DNA from: Eimeria praecox
Lineage: Eukaryota
Assembly: GCA_963920595.1 (NCBI GenBank)
Contig: OY986946.1
Span: forward strand, 5,332,001 to 5,396,000
DNA length: 64,000 nucleotides
Direction: 5' to 3'
Shown in pieces: positions 61,218 through 64,000 of this stretch (position 1 is the first letter of the stretch; the number at the start of each line of letters is the position of its first letter). The notes beneath the pieces are model-generated. The model saw only the letters and a list, made by a program, of their open reading frames with translations, did not search any database and was not told the origin of the DNA. The position numbers were made by a program, and so were the translations under genes.

Positions 61218-61858
61218 ACAGCACCATGAGATATCTTGCGAAGGGCAACTGGGGCAGAAGGAGACGGGAGGAGACAAAAGGAGACAGCCAGAGACAGAAA
61301 GAGACAGATGAAGGAGACAGAAAGAGACAGATGGAGGAGACAGAGACAGACAGATGAAGGAGACAGAAGGAGACAGACGAAGGGGACAGAAGGAGACAGA
61401 AGGAGACAGAAAGAGACAGATGGAGGAGACAGGAGACAGAATGAGACGGAAGGAGACAGATGAAGGAGACAGAAGGAGACAGCAGGAGACAGAAGGAGAC
61501 AGGGGGAGACAGCAGCATAAGGTGTCTCCTTACCATTTCTAAGATCGCACGTGCCCTGTATGTGTACAGCCTGGAGCCTCTTCAACTTGTGTGTCATTCC
61601 CCTGTATGTCTCCTTAGAGACAGTAGATTTAGAGACAGTAGATTTAGAGACAGTAGATTTAGAGACTGTCTCCTCAAGGTAATACTGCCGCAGCACATCA
61701 ATACACCCGCGGCCCCCCAGCAGCAAGAAGGTGAAGCAGCGAGGCAGGGCCTGCTGCAGACACTGAAGAAGAGACATCTTCTCTGTCTCCATTCGGAGAC
61801 ATGTTAAGGAGACAGGACAAATGCTTCTTACAACAGGTACAATGCTGCTGCTACTGCT

Positions 61859-61910
<52 letters not shown>

Positions 61911-62043
61911 GAGGCAGGAGCAGAAACATTCTTCTTCTTTTTCTGCTTCTTAGGTGGGGTGTCTGTGTCTGCTGCGGTGTCTTCGCAGCTCAAACTATCA
62001 GGTAAGGAACGTTTAGTTTTTGTTTTCTTACCAGATCCAGATT

Positions 62044-62096
<53 letters not shown>

Positions 62097-62932
62097 TCTG
62101 ATGGCTCCTCCTCAGACTCTGAATCTTGTGTCTCCTTCTTTGCTGTTATCACGGTGCAGCGAAAGTCTGCAGCAGCACATTAACAGCAGCAGCAGCAGGA
62201 GACAAAATAAAAGGAGACACCTCAGCCTGAGGGAGAAGCTACAGGACCTCGATGCTGTCTCTCCACAACGCCCCACAGCAGCAGCAGCAGCAGCAGCAAC
62301 AATAGCAGCAGCAGCAGCAGCAGGGGGGGGCTTACCTTTGGCGGGCTCTAGGGTGGTTCCCCTTACAAAGTTGGAGTAGAGGCCGCTGGAGCTGTCCGCA
62401 GCAGAAGGAGACAGCACAAGACGAGGAGACACTTGAAAGAGACAGCAGCAGAAGAGGAGACACTTCAAAGAGACAGCAGCAGAAGAGGAGACACTTGAAA
62501 GAGACAGCAGCAGAAGAGGAGACACTTCAGAGAGACAGCAAGGAGACAGATGAGGCCATCAAGAGACAGAGACAGAGACAGAAGAAACAGCCAAGAGAAA
62601 ACTAACAACACCCACAAACCACCCACAAACCATGCAACCTGTCTAGCAGCAGATACAGCCGAGGAGACAGGTAAGAGCAACAAACAGCAGCAGCAGCAGC
62701 AGCAGCAGCACGAGCATGCGCAACAGCAGCACCACGAGCAGCAGCAGCAGCAGCAGCAGCACTTGTCTGACTTTGAGTTTGTATTAGGTGCCTCCCCGTC
62801 TTCATCAAATATTAGATGTGTCCCCTTAGATACTCCTAGAGATGAGGAGACACCTAAACCCCCCTGGCGGCCTCTCTTGCTATTCGCCTGACGTAAATTA
62901 TCGTGCAGCTCCTGCAGCAGATCTTGCTCCAT
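60648..62932 (-). CDS. Hypothetical protein, 5 phase-consistent exons (~349 aa), possibly 5'-incomplete; N-terminal motifs reminiscent of nucleolar G-patch-protein accessory segments
   Basis: Exons 62932-62763, 62391-62336, 62166-61534, 61171-61074, 60740-60648, all GT-AG (1050 nt). Contains QELHDNLRQANSKRGRQGGLG...KGTHLIFDED, LYSNFVRGTTL and lysine-rich PPKKQKKKK. An AG nine bases upstream of the ATG could be an acceptor for further exons. Confidence 0.65.
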
Positions 62933-63369
62933 GGCGGCCTCCTATTCCTGCTGCTGCTGCTGCTGCTGCTGTGGCTGCTGCTGCTGCTGCTGTGGCTGCT
63001 GCTGCTGCTGCTGTGGCGGCTGCTGTGGCTGGTGGTGGTGGTGGTGCTGCTGCTGCTGCAGCTTCTGCTAGTGCTGCTGTTGGTGGCGGTGGTGGTAGGG
63101 CTTTTGCTGTTACTGTTGCTGCTGCAGTTGTTGCTCTTGTTGCTGCTGCTGCTGTTGCTGCTGCAGTTGTTGTTGTTGCTGCTGCTGCTAGTTGAAGAGG
63201 GGGGAAGGCCCCTGCTGTACCCGCAGTGAGGAGACAGTTTCTGCTGTCTCCAAACTCAGAAGGCCAAGCCGCATATAGAAGGAGACAGTTAATATAGTGG
63301 AGACAATAAATATATTCTACAAGAAGAAAAGGAGACAACAGCAGGAGACAGCAGCAGGAGCTGAAGGCC

Positions 63370-63403
<34 letters not shown>

Positions 63404-64000
63404 CAGCAGCAACGGGAGCAGGGGGGTCTAGAGGTTTGTAAGGTAGCAGCAGAGACAGGAGGAGACAGCAGGAGACAGTGCAGCTTCTTCAATATATAAT
63501 ATAAACAAAGATAAGAAGGCTAGCAGCACGAAGGCCTTAAGAGAGTGTCTCCTGTCTCCTGTCTCCTCTCTACTGTCTCTTCTCTGGGGTGTCTTCGGAG
63601 GTTTAAGTAAGGCTTTCTCTCACATAAACAAGAAGAGAAGATACAATAAAACCAGAATAAATAAAAAAAAAAGAGAAGTTAGCGAAAATACAAAGAAAAC
63701 AGACACACAGATAACCCAGGAAGACCTGTGCATGCATGCGCATGCAGCCCCAAAATGTGTGGGGCCCCACACCTGTCTCTGAGGACGAATACAAGCAAAT
63801 TGTTTAAAGAAAATCAATATAATAATAGAAAAGAGAGAGAGGAACAAATAATTGAAGAAAAGAAACAGACAAATAGAACTACTGTCTCCTTCTGTGTCTA
63901 CCTGTCTCCCCCCGTCTCCTCCTGTCTCCCTCTGTCTCCTCCTGTCTCCCTCTGTCTCCTCGTGTCTCCTCCTGTCTCCTTCCTTCTTCTGTGTCTTCCT

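Overview
Eukaryotic genomic DNA, very probably from a coccidian apicomplexan (Eimeria-like), judged from the dense (CAG)n, telomere-like (AAACCCT)n, TGCATGCA, (AGCT)n and (TA)n repeats. Most ORFs in the track are repeat artefacts. Manual splicing (GT-AG, phase-consistent) gives: the 3' end of a polyQ ORF; an 18-exon PRP22/DHX8 DEAH helicase (-); eIF1/SUI1 (-); an RRP42-like exosome RNase PH subunit (-); a polyQ KH-domain protein (+); a decayed Ty3/gypsy pol remnant in a repeat-poor island (~38-42.6 kb); a 1118-aa ORF with PCF11-like zinc-finger motifs but no CID (-), head-to-head with UFC1 (+); a Cid1-family terminal nucleotidyltransferase (+); and a 5-exon hypothetical gene (-). Family calls come from motifs recognised by eye; no searches were run. 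Best leads: the split, CID-less PCF11-like protein, the Arg-type nucleotide-recognition motif of the nucleotidyltransferase, the weak eIF1 start context, inverted telomere-like arrays in PRP22 introns, and a dispersed GGTGTA(T/C)(A/G)TACACC palindrome that overlaps splice sites. No clear-cut novel multi-gene system is demonstrable from sequence alone.
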